DNA from: Calditrichia bacterium
Lineage (GTDB): Bacteria; Calditrichota; Calditrichia; RBG-13-44-9; J075
Reading direction: 5' to 3'
DNA: 64,000 nucleotides
NCBI GenBank assembly: GCA_050633245.1
Contig: JBOEGD010000018.1
Span: 32,001 to 96,000, forward strand
The notes below the pieces were generated by a model. The model made no database searches and was not told the origin of the DNA. It worked only from the letters and a program-made list of their open reading frames with translations. Position numbers and translations under genes: made by a program. Below are positions 38,348 to 48,722 of this stretch, in pieces (position 1 is the first letter of the stretch; every line of letters begins with the position of its first letter).

Positions 38348-41300
38348 TTATCGGTTCTTGCGAACTTTGAAAAGCAACAGTAGAATGAATGCAATGATAG
38401 AAAGCAGAACGATGTAGTTCCATGGAAAGGAATGGTTCTCGCTGGTTATAGGATCAATTGAGCGATTGTAGCGCATCGGTGAACCATATAAAACATAAGG
38501 TGCCCAAAAGTAGGGGTGTTCAAAGTTCAGGAGACCACCCTGATCCGGTAAACCGTGCGAATTTTCTATTAGTTCCCGTTGGGCCAGAGCAAGTGCGGAA
38601 TCAGGTGGTAGCTCATTTTTCAACAGTTTCTGGTAAAACCTCGGCGTAAAGGCGTTTGAGTAGCCGGTATAAACCAGCCAGCGCGTTACAATAACTGACG
38701 AAATTCCGGCAGCAAAAAACTCTCTCGGTAAACCGACAAGGCCTTCCCCGATACTTTCCGCTTTTGATAGTGTTTCACAAGCATTTACCAGCAGAAGTCG
38801 GCTGGAAAAGCTATCCTGTTGGGCGATTTCATAGGCAAATGCGATACCGTCTTTTTCATCTTCCGATGCAAACAGCAACCCTTCATAGGCTTCAAAACTA
38901 CTAGTATTAATTCCATGAGTGGTAAGATGAACAATGCCTTCTTTTTTTAGCATTTCATAAAAAAGTGGTTCAGTTGCTTCGGATTTTTCGATCGGCACGG
39001 CATGCGGAGCAACACGTTTAATTCTATCGCGTTCCAAAGTATAGGTTCTAATGTCACTGAAATGCCATCTGTCACTGATATCTCCATGCCAGTCGTCGTT
39101 TTCTGGAGCTCCCTCCGGATCTTGCACCGGGTTAAGAAACATTGAAAAAGGCAAGTTAGATGAAATCGGTGTTTGGCTTAGGGGGTTAAGTTGCGTAATG
39201 GTGGGAAGCACGTTAAATATATAGCAATTTGCCAGGAATAGATCTTTATAAGCCTCAGGCGGGTCCTGCACGCGATAACTGTCCAAGGGCGTAGAATCGG
39301 TGAGTAGCGCAGGGAAAGGTAGCTGTATTAGTTCGTCGTCCGGGATAATGACAACTCGCTTTTTCAGCGAGGAAGTTAGCACTGTTTCTACAGGTAAAAT
39401 CAATTTAGAATATAGCCAATGCGCACTGTGGCTAAAAAACTGAACCTCATGTAGCTCGTCAGCCGGGCTTTGCAAAGGGCGAATTATTTTATTTACGTGA
39501 AAAACGAGAGAATCATATGCAGCATCAATGTGAATTAACTCAGATGAGCTATCGGTTGTTGCGTATACAAAAGATTCGTTCTCACTAATTTGAAATTGCA
39601 GAATCGAGCAGTTCAGGCGTCTGGCAATAGTTTGTAGTGAATCGGCAGTAATGGTAAGATCAGGTAATTTTCTTTGGTGCTCACGCTGAATCGCCAACTC
39701 GGTCGCCATGTAGTTGATTTCATGGTCATTTAGCTGGTTTTGAATGTCCTGCAACTTGGCATTCGATACGAACTTTCTGACACCAGCACGTAGCTGACTT
39801 CTGGCAGCATCCATGTCTGATGCAATGTCTCTCATCTTGGGAGAATCAATGATTTTACCGGATTCGATAAAACGCTCTTTTAAGGCCCGTGAACGACCCA
39901 TTTCAAAATAATATAAAATTTTATTTAGTGATTCATAAGATGGCTCCATTGTCCAGGTCTTTCGGTAACTTTCTGCCAAACGCTCATAAATTCCTTTCCC
40001 ACCTTTGAAGTAGCTACGCTGAAGCTGCTGTGAGTTTATCTGGAGGTGCGGCGCTTCGAAAGTATCAGCTGCTTGCATATAGAGTTGAATTGCGTCATTG
40101 ATATTGCCTAAAGCCATTACAATATCTCCGCGGATCATCGCCTCGTTCCAATATAGATCTGGATGTATTTTTTCACTTTGATTCCCAGCCAAAACTGCTG
40201 ATGCCATCGCAATATCTAATCTGGAAAGGGCCTTATTGTGTTGCCCGCGTTTCAGTTGAATTTGCGCAAGCCCCAGGTGATACCAAGGTTCGCTTCGAAA
40301 GCGTTGTGCACTTCTGGCAAGGTGAATTGCCTTCTCATAGCTGGAGACCGCCTCATCATATTGTTTCATCGCGACATAAGCTTCCCCCAGCTTGGCATGT
40401 TGAGAATACGTATCATTCTCTTTAAGTTGAGAGCTGTTTAACTTTCTTATCGCATCCTGCAAGTGTATTTTTGCAACGCCGGGTTTATTCAGGCCCAGAG
40501 CGATTCTCCCGTTAATGTCAGCAATGTTGCCACGAAAACGATTGTCTGTATTTTCCGTATAATCATAGATCAGGCGACTCAAGTCGTTTTGTGCAAATGG
40601 AAATTGATCTAGGTAAATATACACATGCGCTCGGTCTAGAAGAAGTTTGCGTAAACCTTCACTTTTCTTTTCCGCAATGGAGGAGGCTTCCTGATAAGCC
40701 CTGAAAGTTGCTGTAAAATTTGTCTCCATAAGTTGAGCATATGCCAGGTTGCGTAAACCATCTATCTTGCGTGGTAAATCTCTTATTAATTCGGAATAAG
40801 CTACGCTTTGTTCTGCTAGTGGAATAACCTTATCATAATCTTGGTTGAACTTATGGATATCGCTGAGGTGAGCGGCGGCTTCGGCAATAATTTTAGGGGC
40901 TTGGATCTTTTCTGCTCTCTTTAATGCATCTATTAACTGTTCTTTGCCTTTTTGATGGTAGCCACGTTTATATAACCTATCTCCATAGCGGCACTGGAGT
41001 GCTGTGGCGAAATGTAGTTGTCCAAGAGTTTTGGCGTGTTTTATGGCTTTTTCCCAAATCGTAAATGCAGTTGAATCTCCTAGCTTTTCAAATGAATATC
41101 CCCAGATTAACATTAGATAAGGATCTTGTTTTTCCGAATTGGAAAGTCTCTCGAATTGAGTCAATGCATCTTCATACTTACTGAAATGATAGTTATAGAT
41201 TGCCGCTATGAAGGCTTTTGAAAAACCAAATATCTTTTCTTGACTAATTCTTCTTTTTAGATCTGTGAGTGACGTGATATTTTCTTTTTCTAAGCAGTAG

Positions 41301-41716
41301 CGAATAAAATCACTTACAAGTTGAGGGTGGAATTTGGGTGCTGACTGCATTGCCGAGTTGAAGTGAAATAGAACAATATCCCGCGGGGCATTTTGGACGC
41401 TTTTATACCGCGCGAGTCGCCATTGCCCAAGCCACTTACCTGAGGCGCTTTTGCTAAAATCGGTATAAAATGTTAAAGCTGACTCTGGCCGATTACTTTT
41501 CAGATACCATTCTTCTAAGATAGAGCATGCCTCGTAAGGGCCGTTGTGTTCAAAGATATAGTTTTCAAGGCGGAGAATGCTGTCTTCTGTGGTTTTTGCA
41601 TGTAAGGAAGTTGCTAGCCACTGATGAAACTCGATGGACTTTTCCGGAGTTGCGTATAAGCATAATGAAAGTATAAATACAAGAATGCCTGGTAAGAGGG
41701 GAGTTCTTAAATTCAT
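38348..41716 (-). CDS. Exported TPR-CHAT protease with C-terminal membrane anchor
   Basis: Signal peptide MNLRTPLLPGILVFILSLCLYA; TPR array; EMGRSRAL, IIPDDELIQLPF, HLTTHG, VNACET, GEGLVGL, TRWLV, HPYFWAPYVLYG; TM plus KVRKNR tail. Confidence 0.88.
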   Translation of the reverse strand: MNLRTPLLPGILVFILSLCLYATPEKSIEFHQWLATSLHAKTTEDSILRLENYIFEHNGPYEACSILEEWYLKSNRPESALTFYTDFSKSASGKWLGQWRLARYKSVQNAPRDIVLFHFNSAMQSAPKFHPQLVSDFIRYCLEKENITSLTDLKRRISQEKIFGFSKAFIAAIYNYHFSKYEDALTQFERLSNSEKQDPYLMLIWGYSFEKLGDSTAFTIWEKAIKHAKTLGQLHFATALQCRYGDRLYKRGYHQKGKEQLIDALKRAEKIQAPKIIAEAAAHLSDIHKFNQDYDKVIPLAEQSVAYSELIRDLPRKIDGLRNLAYAQLMETNFTATFRAYQEASSIAEKKSEGLRKLLLDRAHVYIYLDQFPFAQNDLSRLIYDYTENTDNRFRGNIADINGRIALGLNKPGVAKIHLQDAIRKLNSSQLKENDTYSQHAKLGEAYVAMKQYDEAVSSYEKAIHLARSAQRFRSEPWYHLGLAQIQLKRGQHNKALSRLDIAMASAVLAGNQSEKIHPDLYWNEAMIRGDIVMALGNINDAIQLYMQAADTFEAPHLQINSQQLQRSYFKGGKGIYERLAESYRKTWTMEPSYESLNKILYYFEMGRSRALKERFIESGKIIDSPKMRDIASDMDAARSQLRAGVRKFVSNAKLQDIQNQLNDHEINYMATELAIQREHQRKLPDLTITADSLQTIARRLNCSILQFQISENESFVYATTDSSSELIHIDAAYDSLVFHVNKIIRPLQSPADELHEVQFFSHSAHWLYSKLILPVETVLTSSLKKRVVIIPDDELIQLPFPALLTDSTPLDSYRVQDPPEAYKDLFLANCYIFNVLPTITQLNPLSQTPISSNLPFSMFLNPVQDPEGAPENDDWHGDISDRWHFSDIRTYTLERDRIKRVAPHAVPIEKSEATEPLFYEMLKKEGIVHLTTHGINTSSFEAYEGLLFASEDEKDGIAFAYEIAQQDSFSSRLLLVNACETLSKAESIGEGLVGLPREFFAAGISSVIVTRWLVYTGYSNAFTPRFYQKLLKNELPPDSALALAQRELIENSHGLPDQGGLLNFEHPYFWAPYVLYGSPMRYNRSIDPITSENHSFPWNYIVLLSIIAFILLLLFKVRKNR

Positions 41717-41740
41717 TACAACATCCTTTTGGCAGATAAC

Positions 41741-41775
41741 GTATTGTCGGCGACAAGCCATGTCGCCGACAATAC
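41741..41775. promoter_or_regulatory. Perfect 15-bp inverted repeat between small-peptide gene and TPR-CHAT gene
   Basis: GTATTGTCGGCGACA-AGCCA-TGTCGCCGACAATAC, no U-tract. Confidence 0.55.
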
Positions 41776-41784
41776 CATTTAAAT

Positions 41785-41994
41785 CTAGCGGTTTCTAATA
41801 CCGCCGGTATTCGGTTTTTCACCTGAACCGGTAGGTTCTGTTGGTGGCGGATCCTCTCTGCCGCCTTCCAGTAATTTCTTTAATTCTTGTAATATGCTTT
41901 TTAAGTCGGACAATACGGATTTAAGGCTCGCGAGCACAATTAAAACCGCAATTTGCAGAATAACCAAGATTCCAATAATCACATAGAGTTCCAT
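41785..41994 (-). CDS. Small membrane-anchored peptide (TM + coiled coil + Pro/Gly tail), 69 aa
   Basis: CAGGAG SD; MELYVIIGILVILQIAVLIVLA; LKSVLSDLKSILQELKKLLE; GGREDPPPTEPTGSGEKPNTGGIRNR. Confidence 0.72.
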   Translation of the reverse strand: MELYVIIGILVILQIAVLIVLASLKSVLSDLKSILQELKKLLEGGREDPPPTEPTGSGEKPNTGGIRNR

Positions 41995-42046
41995 GGTGGT
42001 GTCTCCTGTTTGAGTGACAGTTATGATGTGTTACTCAATAGATGTG

Positions 42047-43075
42047 TTATTCCGGTATATTTCGCAATAGTGCTACTTTCTCTTCATAGAAGGGTGCGTC
42101 ATCCTGAATCTTTTTAAGGGGTTTTAGTGCCTCAGTGCGCTTGTCCATGAAAATGAGGACCATCCCTTGGAAGAAATATTCACGCTCCAGGGGTGTGTTG
42201 TCCTTAGGATGTAAATATCTTACGGCTTCTTGCAAGTGAGCAAGAGCAGATTCAAGAATGATAACGGCTTTGGCTGAGCGATACTCATATTTTTGTGAGG
42301 AGGCCATCTGTGATAAGCCCAGATAGAAAAGATAGTTGCGATAGAGCTTTTTTTTGCTAAGACTGGCGTCCGTCTTAGCGGGCTCAGGAATAAGACTAAC
42401 TGTAGAAGAAAATAACCGATCTGCTTCATCGTATTTAAAAGTCGAATACATGCTGATAGCAATATCATAATTGCGTTCAAGCTTTTTGAAGTCTTTTTCT
42501 TTCTCGGGATGTAGTTTGCCTAAAAATATATCTTCAGCAGATGAATAGGGTACATTTGAAGCAAACGAGTATTCTTTGGGGGCAAATTTAACCTCAGAGA
42601 TGGTTGGGGGAAGAATGAAAAGCAAATAAGTTAGAGCGGCGACAGGGAGTAATGCTATTACTGAACTTACTGCTGAGAGTGGCCATCTTAACGATTTAGC
42701 AGGTTCTGCTTTATATTCTACTCCGTCCATTGTAGCCAGTTGGCTGCACTTAATCCATAGTTTGTCCAGAGTAATTGGAGACTGAAATATGCCTGCCAGG
42801 AAAAACAGTCTGCGTTTTTCAGAGATTGAACCACTATAAAGCTCTAACAATAGATTGTCCAGTTCACGTAACGAGATAGGAGGAGTAATTCTAGAGGGAG
42901 TGTCTTCTATAGCAATGTGAGCCGTTTTTAGCTGATCAATCACTTCAAGCAGCCATTTTATCTCACCGCTTTTCACACGCAATTTTTCCAGTTCATGCGC
43001 CTCAATATCACTTAAGCGACTTTCAATGTAACCTTGAATAACGGAATGATCAGGAATTTCACTTTGCAGTTTCAT
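42047..43075 (-). CDS. Single-pass anti-sigma-like protein with C-terminal TPR-like region
   Basis: IQGYIESRLSDIEAHELE anti-sigma-like N-terminus; TM WPLSAVSSVIALLPVAALTYLLFIL; LFYLGLSQM and YFFQGMVLI TPR-like helices; located in ECF operon. Confidence 0.6.
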   Translation of the reverse strand: MKLQSEIPDHSVIQGYIESRLSDIEAHELEKLRVKSGEIKWLLEVIDQLKTAHIAIEDTPSRITPPISLRELDNLLLELYSGSISEKRRLFFLAGIFQSPITLDKLWIKCSQLATMDGVEYKAEPAKSLRWPLSAVSSVIALLPVAALTYLLFILPPTISEVKFAPKEYSFASNVPYSSAEDIFLGKLHPEKEKDFKKLERNYDIAISMYSTFKYDEADRLFSSTVSLIPEPAKTDASLSKKKLYRNYLFYLGLSQMASSQKYEYRSAKAVIILESALAHLQEAVRYLHPKDNTPLEREYFFQGMVLIFMDKRTEALKPLKKIQDDAPFYEEKVALLRNIPE

Positions 43076-43156
43076 ATTATTCTTCCCCCTTAATGCCGGG
43101 ATGGGGAGTTGTTAATGCCGGTTGTTGTGAATAGATTAAATTATTATTGGCAAATG

Positions 43157-43576
43157 TCATTCTTTCACGCTCCTTCCATCTTTGGCATTAGACGGGGCAG
43201 CATTCTCATGAACATTGGCGAAAATTTGTGCACAATAATAGCAACTATTCAAATGAATAATTACTCTTCGGCACTCATCTATAGGGGAGTTCTCTAAATA
43301 ATAGGCTACAAACCAGGGTATATTATCTTCTAAAAATATCTCTGATAAGCGACATTGGGAATTTGGGATCTCTTTAATGGTCTTGCTACATTCTTCAACA
43401 TTTTTAGTAAGCCTTGTCTTCAGCTCTAGCAAATATGCAAGAAGATCTTTATCAATAATATGCCCGGCAGCATGACCGTGCATATTATCGCGCTCGAATA
43501 GCACACTCAGGTGTGCTCCCAAAGCTGGGTAATTATCGATTTTAATGTCCAACTCCTTGGTATGCATCCGGCACAC
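43157..43576 (-). CDS. Small protein with zinc-binding anti-sigma (ZAS) HxxxCxxC motif
   Basis: FVAYYLE....ECRRVIIHLNSCYYC; directly downstream of the ECF sigma gene. Confidence 0.6.
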   Translation of the reverse strand: MCRMHTKELDIKIDNYPALGAHLSVLFERDNMHGHAAGHIIDKDLLAYLLELKTRLTKNVEECSKTIKEIPNSQCRLSEIFLEDNIPWFVAYYLENSPIDECRRVIIHLNSCYYCAQIFANVHENAAPSNAKDGRSVKE

Positions 43577-43673
43577 CTTGCTTGTTTAGATACTTTCCAA
43601 GCCTGCTGTTTACCTTACCTGGTATTAAACAGAGGCACTGAAATGCTAGTTTTCGCATCACTGATAAATCTTC

Positions 43674-44321
43674 TTACTTTTTCCTTAACTTATCTCTTAG
43701 CGTATAACAGATGCGCTGGATATAACTGCGCTGTGCTGCCAGGCGTTTTTCCTCACTGGGATCATTGGCTAAATTTGACTTTAATTTGTTTTGGGAGAAT
43801 CTGCCTATACACGGGTGATTCCAAACGGTGTTTGGATGAATTTCTCGCATCATTGCCAAATAAAAAATATGGATGTCCCGCTCTGCCTGCGTGCCCTGGT
43901 CTCTGATAGCTTTTGCACGTAGCTTTTCTACCTTTTCTTCATAGAACTCCATTCGATTAAACCCTTCTTGAGGGATATCATTAATCGATATTTCTTCATC
44001 ACTCTCACGCTTTTTATAGCGGCGCCAATATGCCGTGATGGTATTCTTTGTTATTATCCGTAGCCAGGTTACGAAAGCCGCAACATTATCAACTTTCTCG
44101 AATGTATGCAGACTTTTATAAACATTTGTCCAGACTTGTGAGGCAAATTCATTAACAAGCTGGGGAAGATTTCCTGTTTTCCAGCCCTTGCAATATTCCC
44201 ATGCCAGTTTATGTACGTAGTCAGAAAAGCTGTTTTTTAGTTCAACCCAACCGCGATTGCTTTTCGCAGTATTTTTATCCAAACAGAGTTTGATGAGTTC
44301 AGCAAGTCTTTCGTCATTCAT
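43674..44321 (-). CDS. ECF-type sigma-70 factor
   Basis: Region-2-like EFASQVWTNVYKSLHTF...AFVTWLRIITKNTITAYWRR; atypical region 4. Confidence 0.72.
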   Translation of the reverse strand: MNDERLAELIKLCLDKNTAKSNRGWVELKNSFSDYVHKLAWEYCKGWKTGNLPQLVNEFASQVWTNVYKSLHTFEKVDNVAAFVTWLRIITKNTITAYWRRYKKRESDEEISINDIPQEGFNRMEFYEEKVEKLRAKAIRDQGTQAERDIHIFYLAMMREIHPNTVWNHPCIGRFSQNKLKSNLANDPSEEKRLAAQRSYIQRICYTLRDKLRKK

Positions 44322-44722
44322 AGGGAGTCGTCGTAGTTGAGTCGGTGTGCTGTTTCTAAAAATATACGGGTTTTTAGGAAAAGATCAAAAAAGGAATTGT
44401 TGACTTAACAAGTAAGGAGATCTGCAATGAGGGAGGCAAGTTCTCATCAGTTATTTCGGACATAAATGTCTGAATATTTATTAGGTGATTATTGAAAAGA
44501 ACTCTTCGATTTTTTGCTAGAAAGTAAGTATTATCTAGATTTAGTGAATGTTTTTTGCGAAAACTAACGGTTTTTCGCATCTGCTGAAAAAGGATAGTGA
44601 ATAAATTATCTGAGTAGTTGCAACTAAGAAACATTCTGTTTTCTTTCAAAGAGAATGGATGCAATGCATGGGCGATTTTTGGGTTTATTTGAGTAGATTA
44701 AACCTTTACGAGGGTGGGTTGA

Positions 44723-47700
44723 ATGAAATCGAATGATGCTTTCATCAAGTATGCAGAAACGCAGTTTACCTCTATTTCAGAACGAATAGAACCGTTTCTA
44801 GAATTACGTTCGCTGTCAACTGAAGAAGTGGAACAGAAAGATCAGGAGCTGGCCCATGCTGTTCGGATTGCGCTTCTTTTCATGGCGACACGGAGGCATT
44901 CCTATCAATCTACTCCATATGAAATTGAAGCCACCTTTGAAAAATTTATTGACAAAGAAGTTTGTACTAATCTTGCCTTTTTTGCCAGAGGCTATCCCTT
45001 GCCGACTCACGCTTTTATACAAAAGTATTTATATGCTGAACAGAATAGTGCTGAGAAGAATTCCTTAACACGTCGTGATGCGGAAAATGTGATTTGTGCA
45101 TTTCTAGTCGGGTATGCAATTGGTATAGCGCTGAGTTCTATCCTTGGTTCTTCCTTTAGAAAACAATGGTTGTTCGAATACATAGAAATAACCGAAAGAG
45201 AGTTTAAAGAGCTGTTGGGGGAAACCGAAAAGTTCATTTTGGGTTCGAAGCCAAGAATCTCAACTAATGGAAGTCGGTTGCAGGTAGGGCCAGAAAATGA
45301 TCCAATTTGTACGGTTGTGGTTAGAAGTTATTACCTGAGCTCTAATAAAAAACGCATTGAAAGTAGTGATCCGCCGCCTTCCCGAGTTTCTATTGGCGGA
45401 GATGTTGATGGATCGATTATTGCCAGTGGAGAAAATATAACGATAAATGATGGTCATTCTAACACTCATGCATCAATCTCTGAATTAAGGAGGGAATATC
45501 TTAACAATATTTTTGGTAAGGTGGATAGACTTGAGCTGATATCCATTTATCATACTGATGATGTAAGTAATAATGAACTGCTAAATCTAAAAGGACTCTA
45601 TGTTAGTCAATCGGCTCAAAAGCTACAAACCTCTGATACGGAGAGTGGTTCTGAAGATAACAATGAAAACATTGTTTTTTCTCCCAAGAAGCCTAAAGTT
45701 GAACAGCGGAATGCTTTAGAATTGGTGCTTGAAGAACCTCGAATGATTTTGTTAGGAGAGGCTGGAATTGGCAAAAGCAGCTTTGTTAATTTCATCATAC
45801 TCTGTCTGGCTGGAGAGGGAATTGGACATGAACAAACGAATCTTCGAACACTCTCGAATTCTTTTGCATCAAACAAAAGTGAATCTAACCCATCTAAAAA
45901 GTGGGTGGATATCCGTGAAAAGATAAAGAACCTTCTTCCAGTTCTTGTCAAGCTTCGTCATTTAGCTTCTTTTCATCAGAAGCATTACAATGCTAACTCA
46001 AACTTGTTAAAAGAGTATATTAGTGCTCAGCTTGAAGGGCTACGGCTCTCAGAATATAGGTTGCCGCTTTTTCGAGAACTCAAAGATCAGGGTGGAATTT
46101 TGCTGCTAGACGGTCTTGATGAGGTAAATGGCATTGAAGAGTTTCAGAGATTGTTGTCTAAAGAAGTTATTGACTTCAGTAGCCAGTATCCCAAGTGTCG
46201 GGTTATTATTACCAGTCGCAAGCTTGGCTATGAGCGTCGAAAGTGGGCATTCAGTAATTTTGCAGAAGCTGAGCTTATGCTGTTCAATAGAGAACAAATT
46301 AACTATACTATTCGTCGGTGGTATGAGCTGATTCAGACAAATAATCGCTCAGCTAAACCTCAGTATCAAATAAAAGAGACTGAGATTAAAGAGTTTATCG
46401 ATAATAATCGCTATGTATTTAATCTTGCGCAACGTCCATTGCTTTTAACCCTGATGTTAAGCTTAAACACCTGGGGGCATGGAAGTTTACCAAAAGAAAA
46501 AGCAGATTTATATGACCGAGCCGTAATGTTGTTACTGGAAAACTGGGAAGTGCGGAAAGCTAAAACATTAGGCAAGGATGGGGGCAATGCCCCTTTATCA
46601 GCATATATGAAGATTGGTAAAGAAGAAATCCGAAAGTTATTGAGCCTGTTGGCATTTGAGGCCATACAAGATAAGGAACAGGCAGAAGGCGGTTTATATA
46701 TTTCAAAAGATAAGCTTATTCGTAAGCTCTTTGATTTAAATAATAACTCGTCGGTTAACTTGGCCGATTTGGAACAATATCTGAGTGAGCGTAGCGGAAT
46801 TTTAGTACCAATTGGCGAAGACCGCTACACTTTTTCGCATAGAACTGTTCAAGAATATATGGCGGCATGCCATTTAACAGAAAAGCATAACTTTCCAGAA
46901 GAAATTGCCAAATTGGCTCGGGAAGATCCTCCTCGCTGGAGAGAAGTTGTTCTTCTTGCAGCGGCAAAAGCATCTTTTAAATTACGAAACAGCATCTGGC
47001 TGCTTTGTAATGCTCTCTGTGTTAAGGCTCCAACTGGAATGTCACGCATTACGGAAAATCATTGGGGAGGGCAACTGGCAGCCCAGGCATTGCTGGAAAC
47101 TATTCCACCTGATGAAATCCCCGAAACCTATTTACCGGTGAAAAAAAAGCTGCAAAATTGCTTGAAATCCATTATTTCCCATTCAAAGTTTGAATTAAAT
47201 GAACGGATATTAGCCGGGCTTAATTTAGCAGCGTTGGGAGATAATAGAAGGCATATCTGTGAAGTTGATAGAGCTAAATTTACATTTGTTCCTGGTGGAG
47301 ATTTCTGGATGGGAGCAGCAGAGAATAATAAACATTCCTATCCAACTGAACAGCCGGGGCATCTAAACCCCGACTTGGTAATGTCTTTCTATATGTCAGT
47401 TTTCCCGGTTAGTAACGGGCAATTTACGGTTTTCGAAAAGGAGAGAGGCTACGATTGTAGTATTTATTGGGAGGAGGCCGCAAAAATCGGTATCTGGAAA
47501 GAAGGATATCTTGTTAGTAATTGGTCCGATGATGTTAGAAATGCCCATAAGGATTACGGATCACAATTTAATGCGGTTAATCAGCCGGTTGTTGGCATTA
47601 CTTGGTATGAAGCTCTTGCATACTGTCGTTGGTTGGACAACCGGTGGAAAAAGATGAAGATGCTCTCTTCTGGTTACCAGGTTGTATTGCCTTCAGAACG

Positions 47701-48175
47701 AATGTGGGAAAAAGCCGCTCGAGGTGGCGTAAAAATACCTGCAAAAAAGCGAATTAAGCAAATAGGATCCCTTGAGTGGTCTGAGCATGAAATTGTTGGA
47801 AACATACTCGAGCAGAGACAATATCCATGGGGGGATGCTATAACCATTGATTTTGCACTTTTTGCCGAACACAAATTAATTTCGACGAATCCGCTGGGTT
47901 GTTTTCCCGGGGGGGAAAGTCCTTATGGGTGTCAGGAAATGTCAGGAGGAATTAATGAATGGTGTTCTACAAAATGGGGGCACTCATTAGATAGTGGCTT
48001 TGTTGAACAGATCGATGAAAGTAATGAGAACCGTGTGATTCGCGGTGGGGGCTGGTCTAATTCAGCTTATCATATTCGTTGCTCACACCGCTTTAACGCC
48101 GTTCCCACTCTTTACATGCAGAACATTGGCTTCAGAATTGCCGTTGTTCCTAAAGATATGGTAACTGAGGGCTAA
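44723..48175 (+). CDS. NACHT (STAND) NTPase with C-terminal FGE-sulfatase domain (NLR-like)
   Basis: Walker A GEAGIGKS, Walker B LLLDGLDE, ITSR, RPLLLTLM, FSHRTVQEYMAA, WREVVLL; FGE PGGDFWMG, LPSERMWEKAARGG, MSGGINEW, RGGGW, GFRI. Confidence 0.88.
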   Translation: MKSNDAFIKYAETQFTSISERIEPFLELRSLSTEEVEQKDQELAHAVRIALLFMATRRHSYQSTPYEIEATFEKFIDKEVCTNLAFFARGYPLPTHAFIQKYLYAEQNSAEKNSLTRRDAENVICAFLVGYAIGIALSSILGSSFRKQWLFEYIEITEREFKELLGETEKFILGSKPRISTNGSRLQVGPENDPICTVVVRSYYLSSNKKRIESSDPPPSRVSIGGDVDGSIIASGENITINDGHSNTHASISELRREYLNNIFGKVDRLELISIYHTDDVSNNELLNLKGLYVSQSAQKLQTSDTESGSEDNNENIVFSPKKPKVEQRNALELVLEEPRMILLGEAGIGKSSFVNFIILCLAGEGIGHEQTNLRTLSNSFASNKSESNPSKKWVDIREKIKNLLPVLVKLRHLASFHQKHYNANSNLLKEYISAQLEGLRLSEYRLPLFRELKDQGGILLLDGLDEVNGIEEFQRLLSKEVIDFSSQYPKCRVIITSRKLGYERRKWAFSNFAEAELMLFNREQINYTIRRWYELIQTNNRSAKPQYQIKETEIKEFIDNNRYVFNLAQRPLLLTLMLSLNTWGHGSLPKEKADLYDRAVMLLLENWEVRKAKTLGKDGGNAPLSAYMKIGKEEIRKLLSLLAFEAIQDKEQAEGGLYISKDKLIRKLFDLNNNSSVNLADLEQYLSERSGILVPIGEDRYTFSHRTVQEYMAACHLTEKHNFPEEIAKLAREDPPRWREVVLLAAAKASFKLRNSIWLLCNALCVKAPTGMSRITENHWGGQLAAQALLETIPPDEIPETYLPVKKKLQNCLKSIISHSKFELNERILAGLNLAALGDNRRHICEVDRAKFTFVPGGDFWMGAAENNKHSYPTEQPGHLNPDLVMSFYMSVFPVSNGQFTVFEKERGYDCSIYWEEAAKIGIWKEGYLVSNWSDDVRNAHKDYGSQFNAVNQPVVGITWYEALAYCRWLDNRWKKMKMLSSGYQVVLPSERMWEKAARGGVKIPAKKRIKQIGSLEWSEHEIVGNILEQRQYPWGDAITIDFALFAEHKLISTNPLGCFPGGESPYGCQEMSGGINEWCSTKWGHSLDSGFVEQIDESNENRVIRGGGWSNSAYHIRCSHRFNAVPTLYMQNIGFRIAVVPKDMVTEG

Positions 48176-48182
48176 GCAGATT

Positions 48183-48722
48183 TTAACTAGGATTCTCCTG
48201 TTGGATATGTACATGTTTCAGAGCTTTTTGAGCCAATAATCTGAGCTCGGGTAATTCATCTATATCATTAACTACTTTTGTTAAAGCGATGTGTGACTTC
48301 ATATCTCCAATTGCCCGTAAGCCAAAAATTGCCCTGCGACGCTCATCAGTATCGGGATGTTTTAAGAAGAGGTGATATGAATTTTCATATGCCAGTTGCC
48401 TAAATTCAGGTGCTTCCAGCGATCCTCTTTCTTGGAGAATATCCATACTCTGAATATAGGCATCAGAAAAGAAACCTGTTGCTAAGTGATTCACAAAATC
48501 TTGGGTTTTTGTAAGCCGTTCTTCGCTTTTTTTCATTAAGGTCATTTGTGAGTGAATTGTAGCAATCTGACCATTGAGATCCAGACGGGCACGTTTACTA
48601 CTCTGGTACAATTGATAGGAAGTGAATTGAATCAGTAGTGCAACAATTACCGTGATGGTTAAGATCAGTAAATTGATTATCAAAAAGCCTTCATTTGTGA
48701 GCATATTCATACCTTCCTCCAT
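48183..48722 (-). CDS. Membrane-anchored protein with HEAT-like repeat
   Basis: N-terminal TM, coiled coil, HPDTDERRRAIFGLRAIGD...LRLLAQKAL. Confidence 0.55.
   Translation of the reverse strand: MEEGMNMLTNEGFLIINLLILTITVIVALLIQFTSYQLYQSSKRARLDLNGQIATIHSQMTLMKKSEERLTKTQDFVNHLATGFFSDAYIQSMDILQERGSLEAPEFRQLAYENSYHLFLKHPDTDERRRAIFGLRAIGDMKSHIALTKVVNDIDELPELRLLAQKALKHVHIQQENPS

Noticed and set aside
48031-48145. 3' end of the NACHT-FGE gene as a third DGR variable region
   Set aside because: Protein motifs (RGGGW...GFRI) are present, but the DNA differs from the two VR-like segments at wobble and invariant positions.
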